A stretch of DNA of 64,000 nt from Pirellulales bacterium (GCA_963733035.1 CAVTBU010000005.1:1440001-1504000); one strand, 5' to 3'. Counted from the first letter of the stretch, positions 31,521-43,625 are shown. Notes: generated by a model from the letters alone, not told the origin. Numbers and translations: made by a program.

Positions 31521-34500
31521 GGTGCTCGTGCCCGCTGCGTTGTTGCTGTAAGAGAAAATGGTCGCCGTGATCGTGATGACCACAGAACAGGTCCTCGCGA
31601 GGCCAATGATCGTGATCATCCTCGCCGGGTTTTGCCGCAGGTTCGCCGGATGCCAGCACGCGCTGTACGAGCTTGGCCTTTAGCTCGGCGGCTTCTTGCC
31701 GCAGCCGTTGGTCTTCCTCCAAATCGAAATACCGTCGGCCATCGACCCAGGTTTGTTCGCAGCGGCTGAACGTCGACAGCGGCGAACCGCTCCAGACCAC
31801 CAGGTCCGCATCCTTGCCCGGCTCCAACGAACCGACGTGATCGTCGACGTGCAATTGCCTGGCCGGATTGAGCGTGACGAACTTCAGGGCCTCTTCGGGC
31901 GACACGCTGCCGTATTTGATCGCCTTCGCCGCCTCGAGGTTGAGCCGCCGCGCCAGCTCGGCGTTGTCGGAATTGAACGAGACGACGACACCCGCGTTGT
32001 GCAGCAGCGCCCCGTTGTACGGAATGGCATCGTAGACTTCGAACTTGTAGGCCCACCAGTCGGAGAAGCTCGAGCCGCCGGCACCATGCCTGGCAATGGC
32101 GTCGGCCACCTTGTAACCTTCGAGCACGTGCTGAAAGGTGGCGATCTTGACGCCAAAATCATCGCAGGTGCGGATGAGCGCCAGGATCTCGTCACCCCGA
32201 TACGAGTGGCAGTGAATCAAACGCTTGCCCTCGACGACTTCGGCCAAGGCTTCCAGTTCCAGATCGATACGCGGAGGAATTCCCACTTTGGTTCGGTTCC
32301 ACCGATCCCGCTCCTGGCGGTAGCGACGGGCCGCGTTGAATGCGTCGCGCACGAGTTGTTCGACGCCCATCCGGGATTGTGGATAGCGACCCGTGTTTCC
32401 CGCGCCCCAGTTGCTCTGCTTGACGTTCTCGCCCAGGGCAAACTTGATGCCCGGCGGCGCGGCGGCGAATTTCATTTCTTCCGGACCGGCCCCCCAGCGA
32501 AACTTCAGCACCTGGTTTTGGCCGCCAATCGTGTTGGCCGAGCCATGCAGGATATTCGATGCCGTAACGCCACCGGCCAGTTGCCGATAGATATTGATAT
32601 CGTTGGGATCGATGAAGTCGCCGATCCGGACCTCGGCGGTGATAGTCTGCCCCGATTCGTTGACGCCGCCGTCGGTGGCAATGTGCGAATGACAGTCGAT
32701 GATGCCCGGCGAGAGGTGCTTGCCAGACGCGTCGACGACCAACGCTCCGTCCGGCACTTCCAGATTCGCACCGACAGCGTTGATCTTGCCGGATTCGACG
32801 ATGAGATCGGCCTTTTCCAAGCGTCCTTGTGGACCGCAGGTCCAAATGGTGGCTCCGCGAAATAGGACGAGTTTGGGCTGCTCCGGCGGCGCGGCACGTC
32901 CGAAGGCTCCTAAGGGAAAGTTGACTGGGCTGATGGCATGCTTCGGTTGGTCAGGCTCGGACTTTGCGTCCTCGTTGTCGTTCTTTTCGTCCTCTTTGTC
33001 GGGGTGAGCTTTAGCTTTGTCCGCGTCCTTCTGATCGTCATCGTCGCCGGCCGGCGAGGGCTTCTCATCCTCTTCTTTGTCAGGATCCTCATCCTGGCCT
33101 GCCTTTTCCTCTTCGGGCTTCGGTCCCGCCGTGCGTTTGGCAGTCAGATCGCTTCGCTTGCCGTCGGCCCAGACGATCGTTCCAAGTGCTGTTAATTCTG
33201 CATCGGCAGCTTCAGCGTCGGACGCGGCGACTGTCGCGCTGAGTTGCACGATGCCGTCGTGGCCGAGCGGCTCGCCTTTAAAGGCGGCGGTCAACTGCCA
33301 ACCAGTTAGCTCCGGCGCAATCAGTTTCGACGATTTCTCGCCGCGGCTTGCCTTGCCCGACAGCTTCGTCGCTCGGCCCGAGATTTCGAGCGTGAACGAC
33401 TCGCGACTGCCGTCGGGTTTCGAGACGTCGACATTCCAAGTTCCGCGCACGTCAACTTCGGGCTTGCTGGTGATTTCGTAGCGCGCGCCGTCCACCCACG
33501 TTTCGAGCACCTTGGTTTTGCCGTCGAACAGCGGACCGTCGGTGACGACGACGTTGGCGGCCTTCCCTGCTTCGAGCGTGCCCAAGCGGTCGCTCGCGCC
33601 GTAAAGTTCGGCCGGCGTGACGGTCAGCGCCGTCAAGGCCGACTTTTCATCCAAGCCGCGCTTCACGGCCTTGCGTACCGCCGACAGAAACTTGCCCGGA
33701 TCGCTCAGACCTTGCGACGCGAGCGCGATCTTGATGCCCGCCGCGGCCAAGCGCCCCGGATTTTCGGGCGCCAAATCCCAATGCATCAGACGTTCGAGCG
33801 GGACATTCATCGCCGCCTCGGGCGTGGCCACGTTTGGCGGTTTTGGGAAGTTGAGCGGCACGATGATCGGCCGGCCGGTGGCTTTCACCTCCTCCAAACG
33901 GCGATACTCGCTGCCCGAGCCTCGCACGATTACGTTCAATTCGAACTCATCGCCAAGTCGATCAGCACGTAGAAAGTAGAGCTCGTCCCCCGCATCGACC
34001 ACCACCGGCGGCGTACGACCCAGGAATTTTCCGAGCACCGCGAGGGCGTCACTGCGCTCGGGTCGCTCCAATTCCGGATGCCGTGCAAAGATTTCCCACG
34101 CCTGGCCATACCAACCGGCATCGTAGAACGCCTGCCGCACGAGCGTCAGCGCACCCATCGGAGAACGCGGGTAGCCGCGAGACCCGCGACTGGTCAACTT
34201 CAAATGTAGCGCGACGGGCTCGCGAAGAATCACTTCCTGCCCGGAGCCGTCCGCCGTGCTCACCAGCGCGCTGGTTCCCTTGATGATTCCCGCCGATGGC
34301 GCAACAAGCCGAACGGCGACACCCTGACCGCGAAACTTCTTGTTCGTGCTGGAGTCGGCTGCATACAGCCTGGCCGCGGAGACTTGCGGGACCACGTTCG
34401 CGTTCCAGTAGCCGGCTCCGGCGCCGTCTTTCACGCCGGATCGAGAATCGTCGCTTGAGAGCTCGCCCATGGCGTCGATCAAGCCAGGATAGAGCGTCTT

Positions 34501-34767
34501 GCCGTTCATGTTCCAAACGCGGGCGTCGGCCGGCGTTTCGACCTTCTCGCCGGCGGCCTCGATGACGCCGTCGCGGACGACGAGCGTGCCTTTTTCGATT
34601 GTCACGTCCGGCGATACCACGATCTTGGCATCCACCAGCGCATGCACGTCGTGCGAGCTTTCGCGCAGACCGGGCGCGGGGGCCGTGCGAGGCTCGGCCA
34701 GGGCAAAGTCAAATGCCGTCGCCAGCACGAAGACGAATAGGCCAGCTATCAGTTGACGAATGTTCAT
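31510..34767 (-). CDS. Secreted double-domain amidohydrolase
   Basis: Two amidohydrolase units (GKTLYPGLID; GKHLSPGIIDCHSH), acidic linker, KFALGENVK, HCHSYR, FQHVLEGYK, FSDWWAYK, GSLEPGKDAD. Confidence 0.92.
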   Translation of the reverse strand: MNIRQLIAGLFVFVLATAFDFALAEPRTAPAPGLRESSHDVHALVDAKIVVSPDVTIEKGTLVVRDGVIEAAGEKVETPADARVWNMNGKTLYPGLIDAMGELSSDDSRSGVKDGAGAGYWNANVVPQVSAARLYAADSSTNKKFRGQGVAVRLVAPSAGIIKGTSALVSTADGSGQEVILREPVALHLKLTSRGSRGYPRSPMGALTLVRQAFYDAGWYGQAWEIFARHPELERPERSDALAVLGKFLGRTPPVVVDAGDELYFLRADRLGDEFELNVIVRGSGSEYRRLEEVKATGRPIIVPLNFPKPPNVATPEAAMNVPLERLMHWDLAPENPGRLAAAGIKIALASQGLSDPGKFLSAVRKAVKRGLDEKSALTALTVTPAELYGASDRLGTLEAGKAANVVVTDGPLFDGKTKVLETWVDGARYEITSKPEVDVRGTWNVDVSKPDGSRESFTLEISGRATKLSGKASRGEKSSKLIAPELTGWQLTAAFKGEPLGHDGIVQLSATVAASDAEAADAELTALGTIVWADGKRSDLTAKRTAGPKPEEEKAGQDEDPDKEEDEKPSPAGDDDDQKDADKAKAHPDKEDEKNDNEDAKSEPDQPKHAISPVNFPLGAFGRAAPPEQPKLVLFRGATIWTCGPQGRLEKADLIVESGKINAVGANLEVPDGALVVDASGKHLSPGIIDCHSHIATDGGVNESGQTITAEVRIGDFIDPNDINIYRQLAGGVTASNILHGSANTIGGQNQVLKFRWGAGPEEMKFAAAPPGIKFALGENVKQSNWGAGNTGRYPQSRMGVEQLVRDAFNAARRYRQERDRWNRTKVGIPPRIDLELEALAEVVEGKRLIHCHSYRGDEILALIRTCDDFGVKIATFQHVLEGYKVADAIARHGAGGSSFSDWWAYKFEVYDAIPYNGALLHNAGVVVSFNSDNAELARRLNLEAAKAIKYGSVSPEEALKFVTLNPARQLHVDDHVGSLEPGKDADLVVWSGSPLSTFSRCEQTWVDGRRYFDLEEDQRLRQEAAELKAKLVQRVLASGEPAAKPGEDDHDHWPREDLFCGHHDHGDHFLLQQQRSGHEHHEQ

Positions 34768-35043
34768 GGCAGTCCTGCGTACAAATGCCGGCGGTACTGT
34801 CGAAATTGACGGGAGGATCCGAGGGTCGGGAATCGCAATCGTTCGCAGCGATTGAGAATAGTCGACCCACGCGCGCGGTGCCAGCATTTGGACTCGCCTG
34901 GCGAGGAATTGGCGGCGGCCGATGCGTGTGCCACGGCTCGTGGAAATCCGCCTTGAACCTACCGGGAGAAGCCTTATACTCCGGCCCCCTCGCAACCTGC
35001 ATGCACGTCTCGCATGCGAGCACAGTTCAGCAAGGAGGCTGAC

Positions 35044-37225
35044 GTGAAGCCAAGCTTGATCCGCGTGTCTTGTTTCTGCTGGTGCCTGGTCTACTTGTTG
35101 GCAGCTCCGGCCATGGCGGATAGCCCGGCGGAGGTTCAGCCAAACGCGCCTCGCGCCGCCTCCAGCGAATCCTCGGCCGCCGACCAGCCGGCAGAATTAA
35201 AATTGGTGTCGGGCGAAGGACCCGCGTCCGCTGGCAATGGCCAGACTCCGGCCAATCCGACCGCCAAGCAACTGCCGTCCGACGCGGAACGTATTGCGCG
35301 ACTCGAACGGTCGATCGAAGCGGACCAGAATCGCCTGCGTGAGTTGCGCACCAACCTGAACTCCCCCGACGGAGAATATGCCCAAGCGGAGCAAGCATTC
35401 AAGGATCTCGATAGCCAGCGCAACGATGTCCGGAAACGCCTGGCCGCGGCGCAAGAGGCCGGTAAGGCCGATGAGGTGACACAACTGCAAGCCGAACTGG
35501 ACTCGCTCGAAAAGAAGTGGGCATTGGCCAAGGAGCGATTCGATTTGGCCATCAGCGAGCGGAAAGCCGGCCAGGAAAATGCGACCACGCTCGAACACAA
35601 GTTGCAGAGTGATCGTGAAACGTTGGAGAAATTGGCTGGCGTCACCGAGCCCGAAAAACTTGCGCCCGCTGCTGCGGCGCCCGCTCCGCAGGCGGCTACG
35701 GCCCCCGCGGAAACGCCCCCGGCCGCGACTCCCGTGCCCGCTCCAGCGGTGCCAGCCGCTTCTCCTCCGGAGCCTGTTGCCACGGCACCGGTGGCAACGC
35801 TGCCGACCATGGCACCGCTCGCGACGGCACCGACATCAGCCCCCGCCAGTATCGCGGCGCCCTCGGCCGCGGTCTCGAAAAAACGGGCCGAAGAACTGGA
35901 GGCGGCCAGCAAAGCGGCGGAAGAAAGCCGCCTCGCGGCCGCGGCAGCAGAAGCCGAGGCCCGCACGATTGCCGAGCGGATTGCAATCCTTAACAAGGAC
36001 ATCGAACAACAGCGCGTGTTGCGCGAGACCGCCCGTAAGAAGGTCGAAAACGCCGATCAAACACTGAAGGGGCTCAACGAAGAGCTTTTCCGCAAATTGA
36101 TGGCGGGGGAGAAGATCGACGGGCTCAAGCAGCAGATCGAGGAGACCACGTCGCGGTTGCTTGACAGTCGCGATCGCTCGCGCGAGATCAATACGCACCT
36201 TGATCAACTCCAATCGACCCTGGTCCTGCTTCAGGAGGATCAGCTGAATGCCTCGAAGGAAGCCTTGCGCAAGCGAGAGAACGCCGACCATGACCAACAA
36301 GCACTTGCGGAATTGGAAAACCCGTTCGCCCTTCGCAACGTCTTGCAGTGGCTATCAGATCATGGGCCGAGGATTCTGGCCATCCTGCTGTCGCTGGTGG
36401 CATTGTTGTGGTTGAGTCGGGTGATGGAGGCGCGGCTCGTGGGATTGATTGCGCGTCGTGGACGGCGCGGCAGTCGCGAGGACCGCGAGAATCGAGCCAA
36501 GACGCTGGTGGGGGTGTTCAACAATGTGGCGAACCTGCTGATCATTGGTGGTGGCGTCATTACGGTGCTCGGCGAAATCGGCATTCTGATCACCCCGGTC
36601 ATTGGCGGCGCTGCCGTACTCGGTTTGGCCGTGGCTTTCGGCGCAGAGTCTGATCAAGGATTACTTCACCGGATTCATGGTCCTCTTCGAACAGCAGTAC
36701 CTGATCAACGACGTCATCAAGATTGGCGACATCACCGGACAGGTGGAGCGCATTTCGCTCCGCATGACCGTCTTGCGCGATCTCGAAGGCCGCGTGCACT
36801 TCATTCCGCATGGGCAGATCGAAACCGTTACCAACCTGACACACGGATGGTCGCGGGCCGTGTTCGAAATCGGAGTCGCCTACAAAGAAAGCGTGGACCA
36901 GGTGATCGGCGTGCTCATGAATTTGGCTTCCGAACTGCGGAATGATGAGAGTTATCGTTTCCTGATCCTCGACGACCCCGTGATGTTGGGTGTCGACTCG
37001 CTGGGGAACTCCGCGGTGAACATCAAATTTTACATTCAGACTCGCCCGCTCCAGCAATGGACCGTCAAACGCGAAATGCTCCGCCGCATCAAAAATGAAT
37101 TCGATCGGCTGAATATCGAGATCCCCTTCCCGCACGTGACGGTTTACCACGGCACTCCGCCGCACGGGGCCCAGTCGCACAACGGCGACCAAGGCGAGCA
37201 ATGGGAGCACCGGGACGTGGCTTAA
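35044..37225 (+). CDS. MscS-family mechanosensitive channel with long periplasmic coiled-coil N-terminus; apparent frameshift at ~36643
   Basis: AAGGAGG RBS, signal peptide, coiled coils, TM helices; GLAVAFGA|QSLIKDYFTG restored by one GC; GQVERISLRMTVLRDLEGRVHFIPHG, IEIPFP. Confidence 0.88.
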
Positions 37226-37354
37226 CCTGCTTCCCCCCAGATTGCGACCCGACGTTTTGCGGGCATCGCGACGATTGGGTTGTTATAGTAGGTGCCGTGC
37301 CGCGCGAGTTTGTCGTCGCGCGCCGTCGCCGATCCCTACGCGAGATACCGACGC

Positions 37355-38435
37355 ATGCCCCACCGTCGCGAGCTACTCAAACAATTTGGCGCGCTGACCG
37401 CCAGCGCGCTGGCAAGCGGAACCCTGAGCCGCTTTGCCGCCGCCCTGGAAAGCACGGGCCAGCGGATCAAAATCGGCCAGATTGGCGTCGGACACGCCCA
37501 CGCCAGCAAGCTTTCGGCCTTTCGGCAATCGGACGACTACGAAGTCGTCGGCATCGTCGAACCGAATCCGGAATTGCGCAAGAGCCGAGGGCGAGGATGC
37601 GTTTCGCGATCTGCCCTGGATGACTCGCGAACAACTGTTCAACGTGCCCGGTTTGCAAGCGGTGCTCGTGGAAACCGAGGTTCGCGACCTGCTCGATACG
37701 GCCGAAGCGTGCATTGCCGCGGGGAAGCACGTGCACCTCGATAAACCTGCCGGCCAATCGCTACCGCAGTATCGGCGGATTCTCGACGCGGCCGCACGGC
37801 AAAAGCTGCTGGTGCAGATGGGCTACATGTATCGCTACAACCCGGCGGTCGTTCTGCTGCGCGACTTTCTCAAGCAGGGGTGGCTGGGCGAGCCGTTCGA
37901 AGTGCATACCGTGATGAGCAAGGTCATTGCGCCGGACAGCCGCCGCCGGTTGGCCGAATATCCGGGCGGTTTGATGTTCGAACTCGGGTGCCACATTACC
38001 GACCTGGTGATTGGTGTACTGGGTGCCCCGGCGAGCGTCACGCCGTTCAAACAGCATGCCGCCAGCATTGACGACGGCCTGGCGGACAACATGCTGGCCG
38101 TCTACGAGTATCCGCGGGCGATCGCAAGCGTGAAGTCGAGCGCGTTGGAGGTAGAAGGCTTCGCCCGCCGACATTTGGTCGTCTGCGGCACCGAGGGAAC
38201 GTTCCACATTCAGCCGCTTGACAATCCGTCGGCCCGCGTAGCTCTGTCCCAACCGCGTGGTGAGTACACGCGCGGGTATCAGGATATCGAGTTTCCCAAG
38301 TTCACCCGCTACGTTGCCGATGCGGCCGACATGGCTGCGATCATTCGCGGCCAGAAAGCGAGCGATTTCCCTTACGAACATGACTTAAACGTGCAAACCT
38401 CGCTACTCAAAGCCTGCGGTTTGCCGCTGGAGTAA
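37355..38435 (+). CDS. Tat-exported Gfo/Idh/MocA oxidoreductase; apparent frameshift at ~37576
   Basis: [47 protein letters not shown]. Confidence 0.88.
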
Positions 38436-38440
38436 GACAG

Positions 38441-39761
38441 ATGCCCGACCAGACGAGTCGCCGCGAGTTTCTCAAACATTCGTCGCAGATCACCGCCGCC
38501 GTGGCCGCGGTTCAGACGTTAGGCGGTGTCCACACGATGGCCGGGGAAAAGTCGGAAACCGTGCGGCTGGGAATCATCGGCTGCGGCGGCATCATGAACA
38601 TGCATGTCCAAGGCCTGGTCGAGCGCAAAGAGAACGTCTCGATCGCCTGGCTGTGCGACGTCGACCCGCGGCAAATCGAAAAAATCTCGAAGCATACCGC
38701 GGGCTTGCCATCGCCGCGGCGCACGTCGCGATATGAAGACGTGCTGGATGATCCGAACGTCGACGCCTGTATTATTGCCACGCCCCATCACTGGCATGCC
38801 CCGATTGCCGTGGCCGCCATGCAAAACGGCAAGGACGTGTACATCGAAAAGCCGATTTCACACGTCTACAACGAGGGCCCGCTGGTCATCGCCGCCGCCA
38901 AAAAGTATGGCCGCGTCGTCCAGCAGGGAAGCCAAATGCGATCGAGCCCCGTTACCGCCAAGGCGGGCAAACTCTTGCGCGACGGAATTATCGGCGAAGT
39001 GAAAGTCGCCCGGGCTTGGACGGCCGAATTGCGCGACGAGGTGCTGCCGCTGCCGGACGGTCAGCCACCGGCGGGCGTCGACTACGACCGCTGGCTGGGC
39101 CCCGCGCCGGTGCACGCGTTTAATCCCCACCGTTTTCACGGCACCTGGCGGATGTTTCGCGACTACGGCAATGGCGAGATCGGGGACGATGGAATCCACG
39201 ACTTGGACATGGCGGCTTGGGGTCTCGGGGTGGAGACGCTGCCCAAACAAATCACGACTCGCGGCGGGCGGATGATGCTGTTGGAGCATGCCAGCGAGTA
39301 TCCCGACAATCTGAACGTCACGTACGAATATCCCGACGGGCGACTGCTGGTCTACGAAAACTATCCGTTCACGGCGTACGGAATGCACGGGTTTGACAAT
39401 GGCAATGTGTTCTATGGCACCGAAGGGTACATGATCTTTTCGCGGCGCGGCGCCTTCAGCGTATTCCTCGGTCCCAAGTCAAAACCCGGCCCGACCGAAG
39501 GGAAGGAGTTGCGAGGGCAACGCGGCTACGCGGAACACATGGCAGAGTTTCTCGACGCGGTGCGCAAACGCACGCCGACCAGCGCCGCGCCGGAAGTTGC
39601 TCACCGCAGTTGCGCTGGTGCACTTGGGCGAAATTGCCTACCTGACACGTGGACGAATCGACTTCGATCCGGCGACCGAGCGATTCGTCGAATGCCCGGA
39701 GGCGGACGCGCTGCTCACCAAGGCGTATCGCTCACCGTACGGGCTGCCCGCGCTCAGTTAA
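38441..39761 (+). CDS. Tat-exported Gfo/Idh/MocA oxidoreductase; apparent frameshift at ~39612
   Basis: SRREFL, GIIGCGG, ATPHHWH, GKDVYIEKP; conserved tail HRSCA|LVHLGEIAY...FDPATERF...YRSPYGLP in the shifted frame, ending TAA 39761. Confidence 0.88.
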
Positions 39762-39999
39762 CGACGAGCTCCCCACAACCGGTTCAACCGGTGTCTGCGG
39801 CGCCGAATTGGATTGGCGAATTTCGGCCTTGTCGTAACATTTGATGCCGGTGGTATTTGCGTATTGCTGATACGAGCGAAAAGTTTGACAGCCCCCCTTT
39901 TGTGCCCGATGATACCGGTGGATTTTCCTCAAGCTTCGCTCCATGCCGGCGAATGATAGTCAGGAAGCATCGATCTGGTTTCAACGGGGAGCTGTGGTG

Positions 40000-40638
40000 A
40001 TGGGAACCTTGTATTTGTTCTGCGCGATTTTCGGCGGAACCGTGCTCGTCGCGCAGTTCTTTCTGGGCTTCGGCGGCGAGGACCATGGCTCCGAAGGTTC
40101 GGAAGACGCCCCGGATGACGTCGGCGCAATGGACGCCGAGACGGACGGCTGCGACGGTCATCACGACGCCGGACATCACGACTCGACCTGGGTTTTCGGT
40201 GTCCTCACTTTCCGCACGATGTTGATCGGATTGACGTTCTTCGGACTGACTGGCAAGGCCACCGGCGCATCGGGCTTTGATCCACCTCAAACGCTGCTGA
40301 TTGCCCTGGGTTGCGGCTTGGCTGCGATGTATGGCGTGTACTTTCTGATGCGCGGTCTCTATAAGCTGACGGCCGAAGGTACCGAGAGAATCGCTCGGGC
40401 GATCGGAGAAGAAGCTACAGTTTATCTGGCAATTCCCGGCGGCAACCAGGGCGTCGGCAAAGTGCACATGGTCGTGCAAAACCGCACGATGGAATACGAG
40501 GCCACGACCGTGGGACAGCGTCTGCCGACCGGCACGCGTGTGGTGGTCGTGGGAGTGTTGGGCTCCGACCGCGTGGAAGTTGAGCCGATTGTCGAACCGA
40601 CCAATATTACCGAACCCGCAAGGAACTCCAATGTTTAG
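40000..40638 (+). CDS. NfeD-like membrane protein (flotillin partner)
   Basis: TM helices, acidic/His loop, C-terminal OB-fold-like IGEEATVYLAIP...LPTGTRVVVV; overlaps the flotillin start. Confidence 0.8.
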   Translation: MGTLYLFCAIFGGTVLVAQFFLGFGGEDHGSEGSEDAPDDVGAMDAETDGCDGHHDAGHHDSTWVFGVLTFRTMLIGLTFFGLTGKATGASGFDPPQTLLIALGCGLAAMYGVYFLMRGLYKLTAEGTERIARAIGEEATVYLAIPGGNQGVGKVHMVVQNRTMEYEATTVGQRLPTGTRVVVVGVLGSDRVEVEPIVEPTNITEPARNSNV

Positions 40639-42277
40639 CTTGTCGCTATTAGCGGCCGTGTCGGACCTGAGTGAAGCCATGATCTGGTGGGGCGCCACGA
40701 TCGTCGTGGCAGCGCTGATCCTGGTGAGCGTGCTGAGGTTTCTGACGACGCGCTACAAACGTTGTCCGAGCAACCGCGTGCTGGTGATTTACGGCCGCGT
40801 CGGTGGCGGCAATACGGCGCGTTGCGTCCATGGCGGCGCGAAGTTCGTCTGGCCGCTGTTTCAGGATTACAGCTACCTTAGCCTGGAGCCGATTCAAATC
40901 GAGATTCCGCTGCGCAGCGCGCTGTCGATCGAAAACATTCGCGTCAACGTGCCCAGCGTGTTCACCGTGGCGATCGGCACGAGCCCCGAGGTGATGCAGA
41001 ACGCGGCGATCCGTCTGCTGGGTTTGAATTTTCAGCAGGTTCGCAGCCAGGCCGAGGAAATCATCTTCGGCCAGTTGCGTCAAGTGATCGCGTCGATGCG
41101 GATCGAGGACATCAACCGCGACCGCGATACCTTCCTGGAACACGTCCAGCGCTCGCTCGAGCCGGAGCTCAAGAAAGTCGGCCTGGTGCTGATCAACGTC
41201 AACATCACGGACATCACGGACGAGGCAGGGTATATCGACGCCATCGGCCAGAAGGCGGCCAGCCAGGCAATTCAGCAGGCCCGCGGCGACGTGGCCGACG
41301 AAGAGCGACAAGGTGAAACGCGCGTGGCCGAAGCTGAGCGCGATCGCATGATCCAGGTCGCCAATGCCAACAAGCTGCGCGATATCGGCACCCGCGAGGC
41401 CCAGCGCGAGCAGGCCGTGCGTTTGGCCGAACTCGAAAAGGAACAAAGGATTGGCGAACAAACTGCCGGGTTCCAACGCGACGCCGATATCAAGAACGCG
41501 GAACAATTGATGCGTATCAAGTTGGCCGATGCCGAGGCCAAGGCCATCGATGGCGAAAACCAGGCCCAGGGCCTGGTCGCCAATTCGAACGCGCAACTTC
41601 TTGTCAAAAAGGCCGAAGCCTACGAAATCGGCGAGAAGCGGAAGCGCGAAGCCGAAGCTGCCGTGCTCGAAGCGCAAAACCGCGCCATGGCCAAAGCCGC
41701 GCTCGCCGATGCCGAACGACGCGAGGCCGAGCAACGGGCCGAACTGGAAGCCCCGGCCAAGGCCCAAAAAGCACGGGTCATCGTCGAAGCCCAAGCCGAA
41801 GCGGAAAAGCGGCGTGTCGAGGCCGAAGGTCAGGCCTCGGCCATCTTCGCCAAACTCGAAGCCGAAGCCCGCGGTCAGTATGAAATCCTGGCCAAGAAGG
41901 GCGAGGGTCTGAAGCAGATCATTGACGCCTGCGGCGGCGCGGAGCAAGCATTCCAACTATTGATGCTCGAGCATCTCGACAACCTGGCCGAAGCGTCGGC
42001 CAAGGCCATCTCGAATATCAAGTTCGACAAGGTCATCGTCTGGGAAAACGGCGGGCAGAACGGCAAGAGCAACACCGCCAGCTTCCTGCAAAACATCGCC
42101 GGCTCATTGCCACCAATGATGAACGTGCTGAAGGACATCGGCGGCGTCGAGCTGCCCGAAGCGCTCATCAAACTGGGCGGCGACAATTCCGCCAAGGCCG
42201 GGGCCTCGAACGGCGCCGCGGAAAAAGTGCCCAGTGGTCCCAGTTCGCCGGAGGCCGGCCCGCCGCCGCGCGCATAG
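40631..42277 (+). CDS. Flotillin / SPFH domain protein
   Basis: TM, RYKRCPSNRVLVIYG, ENIRVNVPSVFTV, GQLRQVIASM, INVNITDITD, AEA-rich coiled coil. Confidence 0.93.
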   Translation: MFSLSLLAAVSDLSEAMIWWGATIVVAALILVSVLRFLTTRYKRCPSNRVLVIYGRVGGGNTARCVHGGAKFVWPLFQDYSYLSLEPIQIEIPLRSALSIENIRVNVPSVFTVAIGTSPEVMQNAAIRLLGLNFQQVRSQAEEIIFGQLRQVIASMRIEDINRDRDTFLEHVQRSLEPELKKVGLVLINVNITDITDEAGYIDAIGQKAASQAIQQARGDVADEERQGETRVAEAERDRMIQVANANKLRDIGTREAQREQAVRLAELEKEQRIGEQTAGFQRDADIKNAEQLMRIKLADAEAKAIDGENQAQGLVANSNAQLLVKKAEAYEIGEKRKREAEAAVLEAQNRAMAKAALADAERREAEQRAELEAPAKAQKARVIVEAQAEAEKRRVEAEGQASAIFAKLEAEARGQYEILAKKGEGLKQIIDACGGAEQAFQLLMLEHLDNLAEASAKAISNIKFDKVIVWENGGQNGKSNTASFLQNIAGSLPPMMNVLKDIGGVELPEALIKLGGDNSAKAGASNGAAEKVPSGPSSPEAGPPPRA

Positions 42278-42314
42278 CGGCAGTTCAACTCGCGAGGGCC
42301 GCTTTTCCCTCGGC

Positions 42315-43625
42315 TCAAGCTCCCTGCGGCGTGCCCCAATGGCTGCGATATTGGCGGCGCACCAGGGCGTCGGCCTCGGGATCGTTGACAATCTTCTCGG
42401 CTTGCGGATCGAACTCGAGCGATCGGCCTAGTCGCGTGGCGATGTTGCCCAAATGGCAAAGCGACGTCGAGAGATGGCCCGTTAGCGCGTCGGCGTTCGG
42501 GCGCCCATCGCCACGTATCGCATCGCAGAAGTTCTTGACGTGGGCCACGTCGTTCTGAGCCCCCGGCTGAACGGCAATCTCTGCCCGCCGGTTGCGATCG
42601 TCGAACAGTTCGATCTTTCCGCGCCGGCTTAAAAAAAGCTGACCCTTGCTGCCGTAGAATTCGGCACCGCTGTCGCAATTGTGCGGGTAATTCTTCGACC
42701 ACAGTCGCTGCTCATAGACAAGCATCTTGGGGCGACCGCCGCTGGGATCGGGGTATTCGAACGCGACCTGCTGCGTGTCGGGAAACTCGTGATCGTCGTC
42801 CCACACGAACTTGCCGCCGATGGCCGAAACTTTTGCCGGGTGCACGTCGACGCCCAAACCCCAGCGCGTGTAGTCGATGTCGTGCACGCCGTCGTTGCCC
42901 ATGTCGCCGGTGCCAAAGTGGTACCACCAGGTCCAGCGGTCGTGGACGCGATTGGTCCGGTACGGAATCATGGTCGCCGGGCCAACCCAGTTTTCGTAAT
43001 CAAGCCCGGCCGGTGGTTCGACGTTCTGACCGTGGCCAATCGAACCTCGCCGCTGCACGTTCCAGCACTTGGCCACCAGCACGTCGCCAATCAGGCCGTC
43101 GCGCAGCAGCTGCACGGCTTCGATCATCATCGGCGTGCTCCGGTTTTGCGTGCCGTGTTGCACGTGCGTCTTATTGCGGGTGGAAGCCTCGACCAGCAGT
43201 CGGCCTTCGCGAATGTTGTGCGAAATGGGCTTTTCCACGTAAACGTGTTTGCCGGCATTGCAGGCCAGGATCGAAGCGGGTGAATGCCAATGGTCGGGCG
43301 TGGCAATCACGACCGCATCGACGGATTTGTCGTCGAGAATTCGGCGCAAATCGCCGACCGCATGCGACGCGTCGACACTTAGGTTTTCGGCCGCCTTACC
43401 CAGTCGTTGCTCGTCGACGTCGGACACATAAGCGAGCCGAACGTTGGGTGTGTTTTGAAACAAACCCGCATCGTGCACGCCGCGTCCTCCGCAACCGATC
43501 AGGCCCACCACCAGCGTGTCATTTGCGGAGGCAGCGCGCGAAGTCCGCGCGGCAACGAGGGTCGATGCGCTGAGCGCGGCGGAAGAAGCGGCCAAAAACC
43601 GCCGGCGCGTCGTGTCCTGGTTCAT
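42315..43625 (-). CDS. Tat-exported Gfo/Idh/MocA oxidoreductase
   Basis: TRRRFL, GLIGCGGRG, ATPDHWH, GKHVYVEKP, GNDGVHDID. Confidence 0.93.
   Translation of the reverse strand: MNQDTTRRRFLAASSAALSASTLVAARTSRAASANDTLVVGLIGCGGRGVHDAGLFQNTPNVRLAYVSDVDEQRLGKAAENLSVDASHAVGDLRRILDDKSVDAVVIATPDHWHSPASILACNAGKHVYVEKPISHNIREGRLLVEASTRNKTHVQHGTQNRSTPMMIEAVQLLRDGLIGDVLVAKCWNVQRRGSIGHGQNVEPPAGLDYENWVGPATMIPYRTNRVHDRWTWWYHFGTGDMGNDGVHDIDYTRWGLGVDVHPAKVSAIGGKFVWDDDHEFPDTQQVAFEYPDPSGGRPKMLVYEQRLWSKNYPHNCDSGAEFYGSKGQLFLSRRGKIELFDDRNRRAEIAVQPGAQNDVAHVKNFCDAIRGDGRPNADALTGHLSTSLCHLGNIATRLGRSLEFDPQAEKIVNDPEADALVRRQYRSHWGTPQGA

Noticed and set aside
35665..35880. Possible tandem DNA repeat
   Set aside because: Low-complexity Pro/Ala coding linker with no fixed repeat unit.
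9238..39761. Widespread pseudogenisation or programmed frameshifting
   Set aside because: The breaks share one sequence context across unrelated genes that show no other decay, which fits a sequencing error better.
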